Shown piece by piece: positions 51,101-64,000 of a stretch of DNA of 64,000 bases (position 1 is the stretch's first letter; each line of letters opens with the position of its first letter). This DNA comes from Balanoglossus misakiensis (taxonomy: Eukaryota; Animalia; Hemichordata), in contig CM082587.2 in the NCBI GenBank assembly GCA_040954595.2, positions 1,201,500 to 1,265,499 on the forward strand, in the 5' to 3' direction. The position numbers and the translations under genes are program-made. The notes under the pieces were generated by a model that was not told the DNA's origin, ran no database searches, and saw only the letters and a program-made list of their open reading frames with translations.

Positions 51101-54100
51101 AGGGGGTATGACAAGAAGTGCTTCAGATACTTCAGAGATGACACGTACAAGTTACCCCCCCCCCCCCTAAAAAAAATAACGGCATATATTGTGCCAATCT
51201 GGAATTCTCAGTCTCCTTAATGTAGCCTGATGAGGCCGGCAGACACTGCTTTCAAACACGATATCAGCCAGAACTTACAGGAAGTCAACACTAACAAAGA
51301 AGAATAGAACAGTCCTGATTGAACCTAATCCAATTGAGAACTCCGAACAGGAAATCTAAAAGACCTCATTAGGTTGGCAATTCCATAGGAAGTAAAAGTG
51401 AAATCCCCTTGATTTAGTCTACCACTGTGATAATGACGAAAAAGATCAACCATTGTGTTGGCCTGTGAGTTCCTATCAACCGGGATATAGATTCGAAAAT
51501 TTACCCAATTCCGAGGAAAGTGAACTCTGATATTCCGCGAAAGGGTAAATTAGGTGGAGGAATGAAGTAAATTTGGAAAGAAAAATGGAAAAATTAGAGA
51601 AGAATATTTGTAAACCATTAGGTTGTATTTCTACCTTTCCAAACCATCAATCTCACTGAAAGGTAGCCACAAGGAGAAAACATTTTGTTACTCATTTCTC
51701 CTTTTTCCAGAAACACCTGCGAGAGCAGGATCAAAACTTTGATAAGATTTCACTCGCATGATTAACATTTCATGCAAGCAGTTCAAGCAGAATTTACTTT
51801 TATACAGTTATCCTTGTGGTTAAAAAAAGTCTGCATCTGCAATTCTGGAGTTTGATATTTTGGTTATGAACGCCACTGTCCAGTGATGCGATCTTCTTTG
51901 TTGGTTTCAGCACGATGCAATTTGCACAACGCAAGCCTTTGTTTGTATGGCCCCGTGTAGCAGTTTGATGAGTTCTAATCTGAGCCAATCAGATCACAGT
52001 ATTACACCGACTAACAAGCTACAATGATGGATTTAACAAATCCTGAAAAATGACAAGATAAGAAAGAAATCACTGCCTAATGGCTTTTGACTTAAATACC
52101 AGAATCTTTAAACTCCTACAGTGTGGATGTTTTCAAGATGGCTGCATTTCAACAGTTCTACTTATTTCCTTAGCAACAAACGTGTCAACCTGCATACATT
52201 AAAACAATACGAAAAACACTTGCAAAATTTATAGTTTAAAACAATTTTGTTAAACATCAAAATACTGTCTAAAGTAAACAATTTCAGCAGTCGCCTCTAA
52301 AACTGAACAATTCTAAACCCCTGCATTGCAATCATAAAAACAAACAAATTTGGCACAAAAATCTTGAAAAATCGTGACGATCAAAATAGACACAATCACA
52401 AATTTCAATGAACTTCCCTCTACAAAAATACACGCAACCGTGATCAGCCTCACTTTAGGCTCCTTACCTCTGCCGTCCACGAGCACGTAATTTACAAAAT
52501 TAACTCGAAAAAATTGTCGGCGGAATTGTTGCTACCTAATCACACACCCTGTGAATTCCCATACAAAGCAAACATTGATTTCTTCAGGGACGTCCACTGA
52601 CTTGTTTGATATTCCATGATACTTCCCATACCTCCCATTCTATTCAGCAATCATAAATTATTTGATTTCTCGCGTTCTATCGGCTTGGCTGTATCACCCA
52701 CCCAGGAATACCAGTGTATACACAGAGAATTGCTTCTCTTGAATGGCTCCAGGGCTTCATATAACAAGCCTTACCGGTGTGCTTCCAGATTATTCCACCT
52801 TATCCGTCTTCTGAAACTTCCCAAAACCCTTCCCATCTACTCCATTTCTTTCCCATGCTTTTCGATGACGTTATTTTATGGCTTTCACTATAAGTCAGCA
52901 CAAATACACAGTGTAAAATAATTTCTTGACCAGTTGCTTCAAGATACATTGTTTGAATCATGTTTTCCTTGTGTGGTTTACTGCAAAAATTGAAAATAAT
53001 GTCTAAAGAGTGTCTTCCTCCTAAAATCAAAGTGGAGACAAGTGCTGGCTATTCCATTCACGACCCCGTAAATGGAATCTTATGGTTTAAAACACTGCCA
53101 TGATAGCATTGATAAAATAATATTTTGTTACTATATATGACTTTCTGCATGTGGTGTCATTCCTCATGTTAACTGGCTTTGTTTCAACTATTCACCTTTA
53201 TTGCACAGTATCAGAGGAACATCCATCATTCCAAATTTCTGATGACACTCAAGATTTACATACACCCAGAACAAAATTAATAATTTCATACTTCATTTCA
53301 TACACACTTGTTTTATTTATAGTGCAAAGAATGAGCTTCATTGATAAAAATTCTTCAGAAAATCCAGAACAAAAGAGTCAACTGAAGTCGTCTTTATCAG
53401 GAATGAAAAAGCTTTTGTTAAAAGTGATGTGTCAAAATGTAATTCAATTCATAAGACCCCCTTTCATCGTCTTCATTTCCGTATAATATTGGAGATATGT
53501 TTATATGGAGAGAGATCCAAAATTCCCTCTGGTGATTTGTTTTAATACAACCTCCACACGGCCGCCCCCAATACCAATACAACGACTCTCCCCTAATCAC
53601 CATTAGCGACAAAAAAATTGTTGGCTGATGAAATGAGAAATCAGAAATGACTTTTTTATTCAAATTTTTCCATCTTGGGATGTCTCAGTTGGGTTTGTGG
53701 GTCAGTAAGTTTCTTTCCCTGTATAAATTTGATCACAGGGAATTCAACTCGATCCGTGCTGCACACAAAGCGATGTGACTGCTTTACTAACAGAGCTGAT
53801 GGGAATGCTAAATTGATAATTTTGTCATGTTGGTCATGCCGGCTCCATTTCTCACCTTGGAAACTATTTATTTTTAGGTGTAGGATTTGACTAATTTTAT
53901 ATTGTGAATTTATGGTAGTGGCAAGTTTCTGTCAGAGCTGTTGCATTAACCAGGAATCTGGAATATATTTTGCGACTATTCACTTGGTAATGTTACTTCT
54001 GCAGAATGAAATGAAAGTTCTGATGAGCTCAGTTTGGAAGTTTACAGAACCTGTCACCCCCATGTAGGTGTTAGTGATTATTTACAAGCTACACTGTATC

Positions 54101-55556
54101 ACTGCCGTGCTGTAGAGTGCCAGCATTTTTTTCTCATTGTGTTCCAAAATAGCATGTCTGTGGACCGGAGTATTTTTATCATGCTTTATGCCAAACAACA
54201 CAATACCTTTTACAAGTTTCCCATATAGTAACATTGCCATCGGCTGCAAATACTACATGCATGTGAATTGCTCTTAAAATGTAACTCTGTGCAGTCTGTC
54301 TGTCTGTCTGTCTCATCCTTTTTTTCTTCCCATCCCCCCTCTCTCCCTCCCTCCCTCCCTCCCCCCTTCTCTCTGTCCCAGGACCAAGCATTTTAACATG
54401 TTGAAAGGAGTAGAACACGAAAATTCAGTTGACATGCAGCGCAAAAAACACTTCAAAAGGGTCAACAAGTTTGCAGCTACCATCACTTTAACCTCAAGTC
54501 GTCTCTAAGCTTTTGTTGAGAGCAGAAATCACCACGTTTTCAGGGCAGAAACGAGAAATTGTAAACACAATGAACATCAAGTGGGTGGTTTGTTTTGCCT
54601 CAGCTCTGCATCGCCCACTGCGCTATTCAAACCACCAAGAAAAGGCAAAAAGGGCGAATGATATCAGTGTGTTGACTTTTCAGCCACTCAATGACTTCAC
54701 TCCCAGAGGACATACATGGTCTGACCCGACTGGGATAACACTGGCCGTACATGTAGCTTTACAAGTACAAGTCACAACCCTTGTTATTCTAAGGCTACAG
54801 TCCCCATCTTTTTTTACTCTCTTTCTCTCTGCGCTCGGTCTAAGTAGACTTCATTAGTTAGAATAATGAGCTTTTCTCCCAGTCTCCTGAGACAGATTCT
54901 ATTGAAGGACAACTCTTCAAAGTATAAAATGAAAACCCATAAACCGCCTGGCTAGACTACCTACAAGCTGAACCTTATAACCTCAATCAATGATGTGTCC
55001 TCTTCTCCAAAGTACTTGAAAATCCTGGGATGATGAGGTCTGCTCAACAGTCGTTATGGTATATATGTAGTGTATATATATCGTTCCATGATCTCTCTCT
55101 AGCTTAGGGTTTTTCCTGCATGATAAGGCCGCCCTCGGATCCCGACTTCCACACAAAGGCAATATTGCAGAGACGACCCAGAAGCAGTTGCCTGATTATT
55201 GTCAGATCTGCATCTCTCTCTCTCGGCCCCATATTGCTTCTATTTGCATTTATTCACCCCGGCCTGTCCCTCCTTGTTTTAATCATTACAACAGTGTTAG
55301 ATTGCTCAGTTTCTGCAAACACCTCAGATGCACTTGTCATGTTTGTACAGCAGTGATAAAGTGAGAGGATTCACAAAGATAATCATGATGGGGCAGGAAC
55401 AACATCCCTTCTATTCTCAATTTTTGCAATTTTAATACTGAGAGTGAAAAAAAATATTGATCAACTGACAACCTTCCCTTAAATATGCCACATGTACATG
55501 ACTTGAAAATTAAGGTCAAATTGTCTTTAGCTTCGATAGAAATTAGAGATCACTGT

Positions 55557-55669
55557 TCATTCATTCACTCACTCATAAATAATGCATGAACGAGTGAATG
55601 AATGAATGAATGAATGAATGAATGAATGAATGAATGAATGAATGAATGAATGAATGAATGAATGAATGA
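55557..55669 (+). repeat. (GAAT)n microsatellite preceded by a short inverted (ATTC)n arm
   Basis: About 18 GAAT units from 55596; upstream ttcattcattcactc is complementary to them. Confidence 0.9.
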
Positions 55670-58600
55670 AAATAACAAACCTTTTTTTGTCTAAACCTTC
55701 ATTGAATTTGATACAGACATGAAACCATCTTCCACGAATGATCAATAAAAGAAATAAAATATCAATGTACTTCTAACATTTCTTTCAATTAAACATTGAA
55801 TTTTCCCATTGAAACAACCCAAATTCCACAGTAATGCTGAATCAAATTTTTTAATGTTCATCACAATTTATGTCGCCACTTAAATAAAAGAGTGAGTATT
55901 GTCACCTTTTTTGACACATCTATCATATTTTCCACTGATGAACAAAACCATATTTTCTATAATTGACAACTGACAGTGATATATGACAAGTAATTCAATT
56001 AATTCCTATATGATGTTTTCTTTATTCAAAATTATACTCTGCTTCATGACGACTTAATGTGGAGAAAAAAAGACAAACTATCACAGATGAAGAAAAAAAA
56101 ATTACGCATGCATGTCACAAAATGTTCTTTCCCCTGGGAAGACAACTGGAAAAGTATCAATTTGAATACCGGAATATCTTCCTGTATTTGGTGACACAAA
56201 GGTAGTCGTAAGCACCCCCTCAGTGGCCCAACGGGGATAAAAACACATTTACAATATAAAAGGTGAAATCGTCCAATCTTAACATTGTGCAGTGTAATAT
56301 ATGTAGCAGGTAACTTGGGCTTGGGCATGTTGTAAAATATAATGAAGATAGATCGTGGGCATGGTGGGCACTGAATTAGATTTTGTACGGTATTGTTACC
56401 TAATATTATTACATACCAAAATCAACGGTGGAAAAACGAATCAGAAATACCGAGCTCGCGCTATGAATTAGCCATAATTTGACCATTAATATTACCTTAA
56501 TGCAGAATTTTCCCACCTTAGCCAGCACTATTGCTTACAGCCATTCCTGCTATCGAGACCGCCTAACTTAAGTTGATATTAGGGTACAGGCCAATAGATA
56601 TCATATCAACTGACTGTGGCTGTAATTACGGAGACGACCCAGGGCACGGTAGATTTAATAAAAAAACCATGGCTTGTGGCGATTCTCTCGATCGACTACG
56701 TACACGCATGAACCTTTGTCATATTACAGCGGTGACTTGGGTCTTACGGTTTCAGAATCAATTCACAGAGCACAAGCGTTGCAATTATTCTGAAGTTTAT
56801 TAAGCAAGGAAATCAATCAGGGATTTTAATTATATTTTGTAGATGCGGCCACATATGGTAATACATGTTCAATTTCCAGGACTCGGAAAAGTTCAGTTTT
56901 GTATTGGAGAATAGAACTGTAGAAAGTGGATGGGCAGGTGCTTCTCTGTAAAGTACTCGGGCAGTCAAAGTCTCTACTGCCAACTGACATTTATTGCTCA
57001 TTCTGTGAGCTGACATAAAACGCTCAAATTCTCCTGTTATCACATAAAACAGTTTTAAGAGAAGGCAAAATCTGAACTAGATCTTCCCCATCTGTCGAAA
57101 AATTGTCCATTCGTCACATAAGAAAAATATCCTTATTTTATCCTTATTTTATATCTCTGTTTGGTTCTCGTCAAAATGCATCAGTAAGTAAAAGTTTATT
57201 TCTTTTCAAAGCCAAGGATAGTATGATGACTTCTATCACGTCAAAGACACATACGTTGTATCTCCATTTTCACTTTTGAATCTCCTCGTATTGTGATAAA
57301 CCCATAACAATTACAAGGTACGGTCCTAAAAAGACAACTTCCACACTCCAGAAAATCACTGGGCTGCAACAGCACATAAAGTTTGTCCCTAACTGCGAAC
57401 TTCTTCAATGGGCTAAAAACACCACTGACTAATAAAACATGTCTGGTGGCGGACACAGTAAAAAGGGGGATGCAAAAACTTATTACTGTCTTCAAGACCG
57501 TAAAATTTTACACGCACTCCGAAGCAATCAATACTACTTTGAGACGAGTATTAAGAATATGTGTTAAAGCACAGAACTTAAAATCAGCATAAAAATGATT
57601 TAGTGCATGTTTTACAGGTAGTTAACGTTCACTTGTTGTCAGTTTAATTCCGGGCCTTATTAACAACCATGAAAGACTAGTAAATTCACAAGTTAACAAG
57701 TAGGGTGGGTCCAGAACATATTTATGAACTCCGTATCAAATTGTACATTTTATGTTCGACTGTAGCTGACAATCAACCAGTTTGCCAATCACTTGTGGAG
57801 CCTAGGGAAGGCGTTTCCCACAGATGCTGTCTGTACGACGATTTCAGTGACGTTTGCCGACAGTTGTCTCCGTGGTTGGTGCTGTAAACACCACCACTAA
57901 CCACGGGTAGTATGGATTAAACCGTACAAGTCAAAACAGGTGATTGTGGAAACTCAGCCTCGTGGGAAATTTCACCCCTTTCCTTCCCACTGTGCCGGAG
58001 AAGTTACAGTTTTCGCAAATTCAGCAGCTCTCCTATTCAACCTTCAATTGTGTCGCCTCAAAAAAAAAACGACCGATTAGCACAAAAAATGACGTTTCTT
58101 TCCCATGCTCCACTGATCGCCATGCCTCCTGACTGCAGAAACAAGAACGGAATAAATCTAATCACGCTGTGAAAAATTTTGCGCACACAATTGTGCACCT
58201 GGTCGGCCGTGTGAAGCCGGGCGCTATGTGGTAGAAGCCCCGATCCCATGGGACACGCAGAAGCAATAAACTGGCCCTGTTTTTAAATGGGCCAAGGCTT
58301 CTTTTCATGTTCGTTCAGGTGTAGCAATGCCGGCGTCATGTTGCAAATTTCGAGGTGTGTTACAAATTTCTCATTTGTGCTATACGCATTTTCCACTGGT
58401 GCTAGGAATGTAAATTTAAAACCCTCAGGGTGTTTTATTTCAAAGACGACTATGTACTTCGCGGCATACTTTCTTGTGAACTTTTTTTTCTTGCCAAGAA
58501 TGTTTGAATTTCAAAGCTTTCCTATTTACATGGTCACAGTCACATTTAACTTTTCTGCGTTGTTTTCGACATTGACACCACTCATGGTGTAATTTGTTAT

Positions 58601-61600
58601 CCGAACCATGTTGCCATGATGAGCAAACTTTCGAAGGATCATTTTGCTATATTACTGAGATAAAAAACCTGGTCTTTCCTCTTTGCTTTAAAGAAAAATG
58701 GGACGCTGAAACCATTTAAAAATGATCTGAATGACGAGAGAGATCATAGCAAGACACACAGTGCACTCCGGGGAAAATTGAAAATGTGCTTAATAGGCAC
58801 AGAGAATAAAGAAGCAACCTATACAAGATGGAAACTATGATCTGCTGCTACACAATAGCACAGGTTCCTTCCATCAATATCTCTCTCATTCACTTTCTTT
58901 TTGAGTAGCACGAGTCGGTGAAATTTTTCAATAACTTTTCTATTTCCCTGATAGCCTGAAGCTTGTGTGTATACAGTTGCAATTGAAACCAGCGAAAGGT
59001 TGTCACTTAGGCAGTTTCTTTATTAACAGAGAACTAGAAGTAGTATTTACAAGCAGTATCACTGCAGGCAAAAGGATTGGTCTATCCCACATCGCAGTTT
59101 CCCCACCTCAATGCCAAGATACAGTCTTTATTCTGTGCTTTCCCTTCTGCTTCGCAGGCAAATGTGCACGACTAGCACCAACCGTCTTGACCACACGTGG
59201 ACGATTTCAGTTGAAGTTCATCGCTTACTTAACACTGATTGGTATTGTCATGGTGATCCTTTTTCATCACATGTTATAATCTGGCAACCAAAGTCAGCCG
59301 TTAGCACACACTCTTATTTGGACACCACGGTAGATACTATTTTTCAGTTTGCACATCGGTGCTTTCCCCTAAACTTCACGACACCAAAAGTTACATTTCC
59401 AGGGTGATATGATGTCCTTCCCATCTTTTACATTAAATAGTACTCAAAATGCATAGTGGGAGCTTTAGAGCTCAAACTGTAAGGCACTATAATCCTGGCA
59501 AATGAACACTTAAAGCAAGAGCCCACAATATAATGGTGCAATGACTAACTCTTGTTTCTAGATAACTAGTCAAAATCACATAGAAATATTCTTCCATAAT
59601 AACTTTGATCATTTACTGGCTACAGAGTACACTCCATCAGTTACTCTCAATTTTCACAAAAATGAAAAATCTACTGCATATGTGACTTTCCCCCCTCCCC
59701 TTTTGTTTCCACAGCATCAAAGACCATCTCTGATTAAAATCAGAAGCGCACTCCCTAAGCCACTGACTGGCTGATGTAAGATGCACACAAAAAAACACTA
59801 CTAATTCTAGTGTCGTTTCAGTTCATCTACTATCAGCTGCCTGTAGAACTTCTGCCCGCCACTGGCACAAAGCGCATCAAATCTCTAGTCTGACAGGTTG
59901 GCAGCAGTTTACCAATCTTTCTTTTTTATCCGGAACAAGCAAATGTTAGTGTGACTTTGAATAAAGTCAGAGTGAATGGTAGAAGGGTGAGCGGCTTTAA
60001 CAGGATTGTTACATGGTCACTTGATACACTCGGACAGTTGATCCAACAAGGAGAAGAATCTTTGAGCTATTTTCCGGCAGACTGCGACAGAACAAGCTCC
60101 TTTCTCGCTCAGACAAATAATCCCAAACAGTTTTGCAAACCTCATTGCCAGTATATATAATAGCCTCCTTATGAATGGGAACCCTTCCCTTGTTTATTGT
60201 GCAAGCCTAATATTCAATAAAGGTTTAGCTTTTTTTGAGGCTGGGTTTGTTAATTTCAACAATGTGCATCTAATGCTTGGCTGCTTGGAGACGTTTCTTT
60301 CTTTTCAAGCCGCATTTCGTGAAAACAGTAATCTCTGAATGGTGGATTATGGGTTTTGTTATTGATGGAGCTTCGCCGGTGTTTGGTTAAGTTTCACAAA
60401 GTTGCCGTCCCTGGCTTTTCCCCCCCAAAGAAAAAAAAATGTAAATGGGCCTTTATCCGCCAATTACAACTTGCGAGGACAACCAAGTCGCGACTCAATA
60501 TGCCACAGACTGGGCCGTAAATGGGTTGAAAATCTCCACGATTCAATGTGTGAAGCGATGTGTGTAAGATAGCAAATAAGCGAGCCCACTGTGGTTTGAA
60601 ATGCTCTCAGTCGGTATCCAAAAAAACACTGGCTTTTGTCCGAGAAAAAATCAGGTGCCGGGTAAATTCATTCTGAATGGACGACTTTTCATTGATCGCA
60701 TGCATAGGTCGGTTGCCGACACACACAGACATACACACATACACACTCTGTAAGCTATTGATGGCCAACTACAGGATGGTGATTACCCTTAATTGCAGAA
60801 TTATGTAAAATACTCTTTATATTAGCATGAACACTGGCAACGTTCAGTTCTTTTCATCCTCAGCACAGCTATACAAAAGTACTCTACTCAGACTCTGGGC
60901 TGAAAATTTCCTTCAGATGAAATTTCATATTGGGAGTATAATTCGCGCTGGTCATTAGACATGACAGGAAAAATGATATGCGATTTATTACGGAAACCAT
61001 CTTTCTTTTCTTTGACATGCCATGTCTTGTAGCTTTAATAAAAATATCATTGCCTGACCTAGCGAGCAAAATCAAATTATTTGGTCTTCTTTTTCTTCCT
61101 TTCTGTTATAACTGTATCAAAATATGAGTTTGCCTGATTTCTAAAAGCTGTAAATATTAAAATCGGGAGGTGGGTAGCTGTTATTAGCTCAGGTTATCAG
61201 AACAATGTTGCATAAAATCAAAACGGAAACAAAGGAGGTTTCGCGTGACTCACGTGACCGATAATAAAATTTCGATCCAATTTAACCAAACAAGAGGACA
61301 GTGTTTTATTTGGAGACAAAGGTGAAATGAAAGAAGGGGACATTATCATGAGAGAAAAAAGAAATTTGACAAAAAAGAGGTTGGTTGATCAATGTATTTA
61401 TATCTTTTTATGTGAAGGGCCAGACGATAAAATGTTGTACAACTGTTACACCTTCAGCAACACAAGTGATGTTTTATAGCTAGTTTGAACTGGTGTCAGT
61501 CTGACACCCAGCTTTTTTCTCCACATCTGTTTTTCCAAGACTAAAATAGTTTATACGGAGCACAAAATAAACATCAGCAACATCCTCATTCTCCTCTCAT

Positions 61601-64000
61601 AAGGAAGAATTACTCAAAAATACTGAGGATATGGTACAAGTTTCATATTTTGTAGAAAATGGCATAAATCAAGAATTTCGCATCCTCCTGTGATAAGAAA
61701 AATGTAGTAGTGACAAGATTTTTTTTCTGTGCATACGAAAGAAAATTTAGACATCAAACCATAAAATTCCACCTACTATGATATATGTATCCTACCTATG
61801 ACCCGGGCAAAAGTACAATTTGCGTCTCCTGAATATTTTTTACTTTTTATAGCAGTGTTGTTTTTAGGTTGTGCCTGATGGTGAAAAAGCTGCCAAGCAG
61901 AGGATGTGAAACTTCCAAAAGCAACAGAATCTTCTTAATCTTAGTTTAACAGAAATATCAATCACAAGAATACAAACATGACTGATTGCCAAATGAACAA
62001 ACCGATAAATCACAAAATTTACAGTGAAAATAATTTTATTTTGAATCCTTCCGCTTTGCATGATCAGACATGTATTCAAACTGAAGACATTCTTAAGTTA
62101 CTATTTGAAGATTTCAAGTTCTTGGGAAGAGAATCGGGCACCAGTTTGGGTTTTCTGACATTATTAGACGGGGCAGATGGTAAACTAATGACCAGTACAT
62201 GGTTTATCACCATACAATGTAATTTTTCCCCCCTTTTCTTTTGGATGGGTAAAGGGAAAGAGAGGATTAGCTATGCTTTGTCCTACTTAGCCATCATTAA
62301 TGGTCACTTAAGCCGTTCTACGAACCCAGACAAGCTTTGTGGCAGAAAGCTTTCCACTAAACACAACACTACACTCCTGCACTTCACATAGTTGAAAAAT
62401 AAACCAGGTACAAACAGACTAAGTCAACTGCTGAAACATTATCCATCCTCCCGACAGGATTACCACAACAGAAAGGGTGGGAGATTGGTGGACAGGCAAG
62501 ACTTTGTACATCTTGGCTACTTTGAAAGTGTTGGCTGGCCTTGGAAGGGGCGGGGTATTATCTAGGTTCTGAAACACTCACACTTATAGAGAATGTTAGG
62601 TGCACAAGAGGCTAACTTTTTTTCACAAACAGCAGTCAAGAGGTTCACCTGGATCCTACATAAGGAAGGAATATCTTTAATTGACAATCTTGTGGGCTTC
62701 TTTTCTGTGGAACTCTTTCTGACTGATGAGGTTCAGAGGCAGACAAAAAACAAATTAATCCCAATATCGTTTGTCCGACTATGTGGTGCTTGAACGCTGT
62801 AAAATGAGTACCTGTCAACAGAGATGTGAGAATGGATTGCTGACGGGTGTAAACTACCAGAGAGTTTTCTGTGATATTTAGCATGCTCCATTTATTCCAC
62901 CCAAAACTCTGCCCCTGCGAGGAAAGTATGGATTGAGCCTTGGTCACGAGTGTACACACACACGCACACACGCACGCACGCAAACACAATAACCATAAAA
63001 TTCATCTCCACTGTTGGTTGATTGGTTCTTCTTGGCTGTAGATCACCAGGTGTAACATCCCATTAACCAATCAAAGAAGAGAAATATGCATTCAATTCTT
63101 TTCTGACAGTACGACCGGAGGGCAACAGTGTCTTATGTATTGAACATGAAGGATTCAGAGAGACATGTGTGCTCAGAAAGAAGAAATCTGTGAAATACCC
63201 TCAAAATATCGTCACTGAGGCAGATCGATAGAATTCACATTCTAAGCATCAGGTCGACAAGCCACTGTTGTTATCACTTCATCCAGGCCATTCAGCTAGT
63301 CTTTCTTTCTCAGATAAATCACAAAAAACTACCTTCTTCATCTTTAGATCTTCTCTGGTTGTCACGGCAACCGATCAACTTGATAACCTTCAATTATGTG
63401 CCCGAGCCAGAGTCCTTTTGTGCATAGGGTCATCACGCTGCGGGTTCGGAAAGAGGCGTCCTATCTCTGCGTCTTTGTTGTACTTCTAGTAAGAGTAAAT
63501 GCTTCCATCCTCATTGAGAGTGCAACATTCAGAAGGTGAAAACTCCTCGTCTGCTGGGCCAATTTTCTATTTTACAGTCTTGCTACCATTACTATCATCC
63601 TTACTCTCTCTCGCTCTCACTCTGAAAAAAAACTTCCTGTTCAAAAAATCTATTTAGCTTCATCTTCTTTACACACAAAATATCAGATGCATCATCTGAA
63701 CTTTACATGTAGTAAGGGTTCTGTCTGTCTGCCTGCCTGCTTGCCTGTCTGTCTCTCTCACCCTCCAAACAGAAAATTCTTTCTGTGTAATGCATTGCCT
63801 TTCACAATGTCGTTGAGTTGAACATCTTGAACTTAGTCAAAAGGTGATAGGTGACCTGATTACGATGTTTAAATGTATACATACATACTTCAACAGGTGA
63901 TAATTTCTTTTCAGAAAATAAATCTACCAAAACATGAGACACTGTCTTTGATGAAAGCCGCTGAACTTAAAATATTTGTACTTCTGTGGCTTTGACTTAT

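Larger units (their letters stand above)
35892..64000 (-). other. Very large PBX intron (over 28 kb), non-coding
   Basis: Phase-1 acceptor at 35892-35893. The expected upstream PBC-A exon (KHALNCHRMKPALF-type) was not found by eye in the window, and no credible ORFs are present. Confidence 0.75.

Noticed and set aside
36000-64000. Many 60-145 aa ORFs from the supplied track inside the PBX intron
   Set aside because: No recognisable domains, composition typical of random AT-rich frames, many with non-ATG starts, and no consistent exon chain

Overview
Eukaryotic, intron-rich animal DNA, most likely an invertebrate deuterostome such as a hemichordate or echinoderm (inferred from gene sequences and intron style). 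The first 20 kb holds five compact genes: UCHL5 (-, 3' end outside the window), a GH13 alpha-glucosidase (maltase/SLC3A1-like, -), an NSMF/Jacob orthologue (-, 14 exons rebuilt by hand, largely missed by the ORF track), ATP13A1 (-) and CHCHD5 (+, start codon split by an intron). The rest is the 3' part of a PBX/extradenticle TALE homeobox gene (-) with up to three alternative C-termini and an intron over 28 kb that runs off the right edge. Main points of interest: an invertebrate Jacob with two IQ motifs and no canonical NLS; a long G:U-rich hairpin that folds well only on the PBX sense strand; tandem alternative PBX 3' ends; PBX-ATP13A1-NSMF-UCHL5 linkage matching the MHC paralogon; a dense Hox/Pbx/Meis/POU motif cluster in the PBX intron; and an orphan promoter near 25.5 kb. 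No CRISPR array, rRNA, tRNA or autonomous transposon was seen. All homology calls come from recalled sequences, not database searches.
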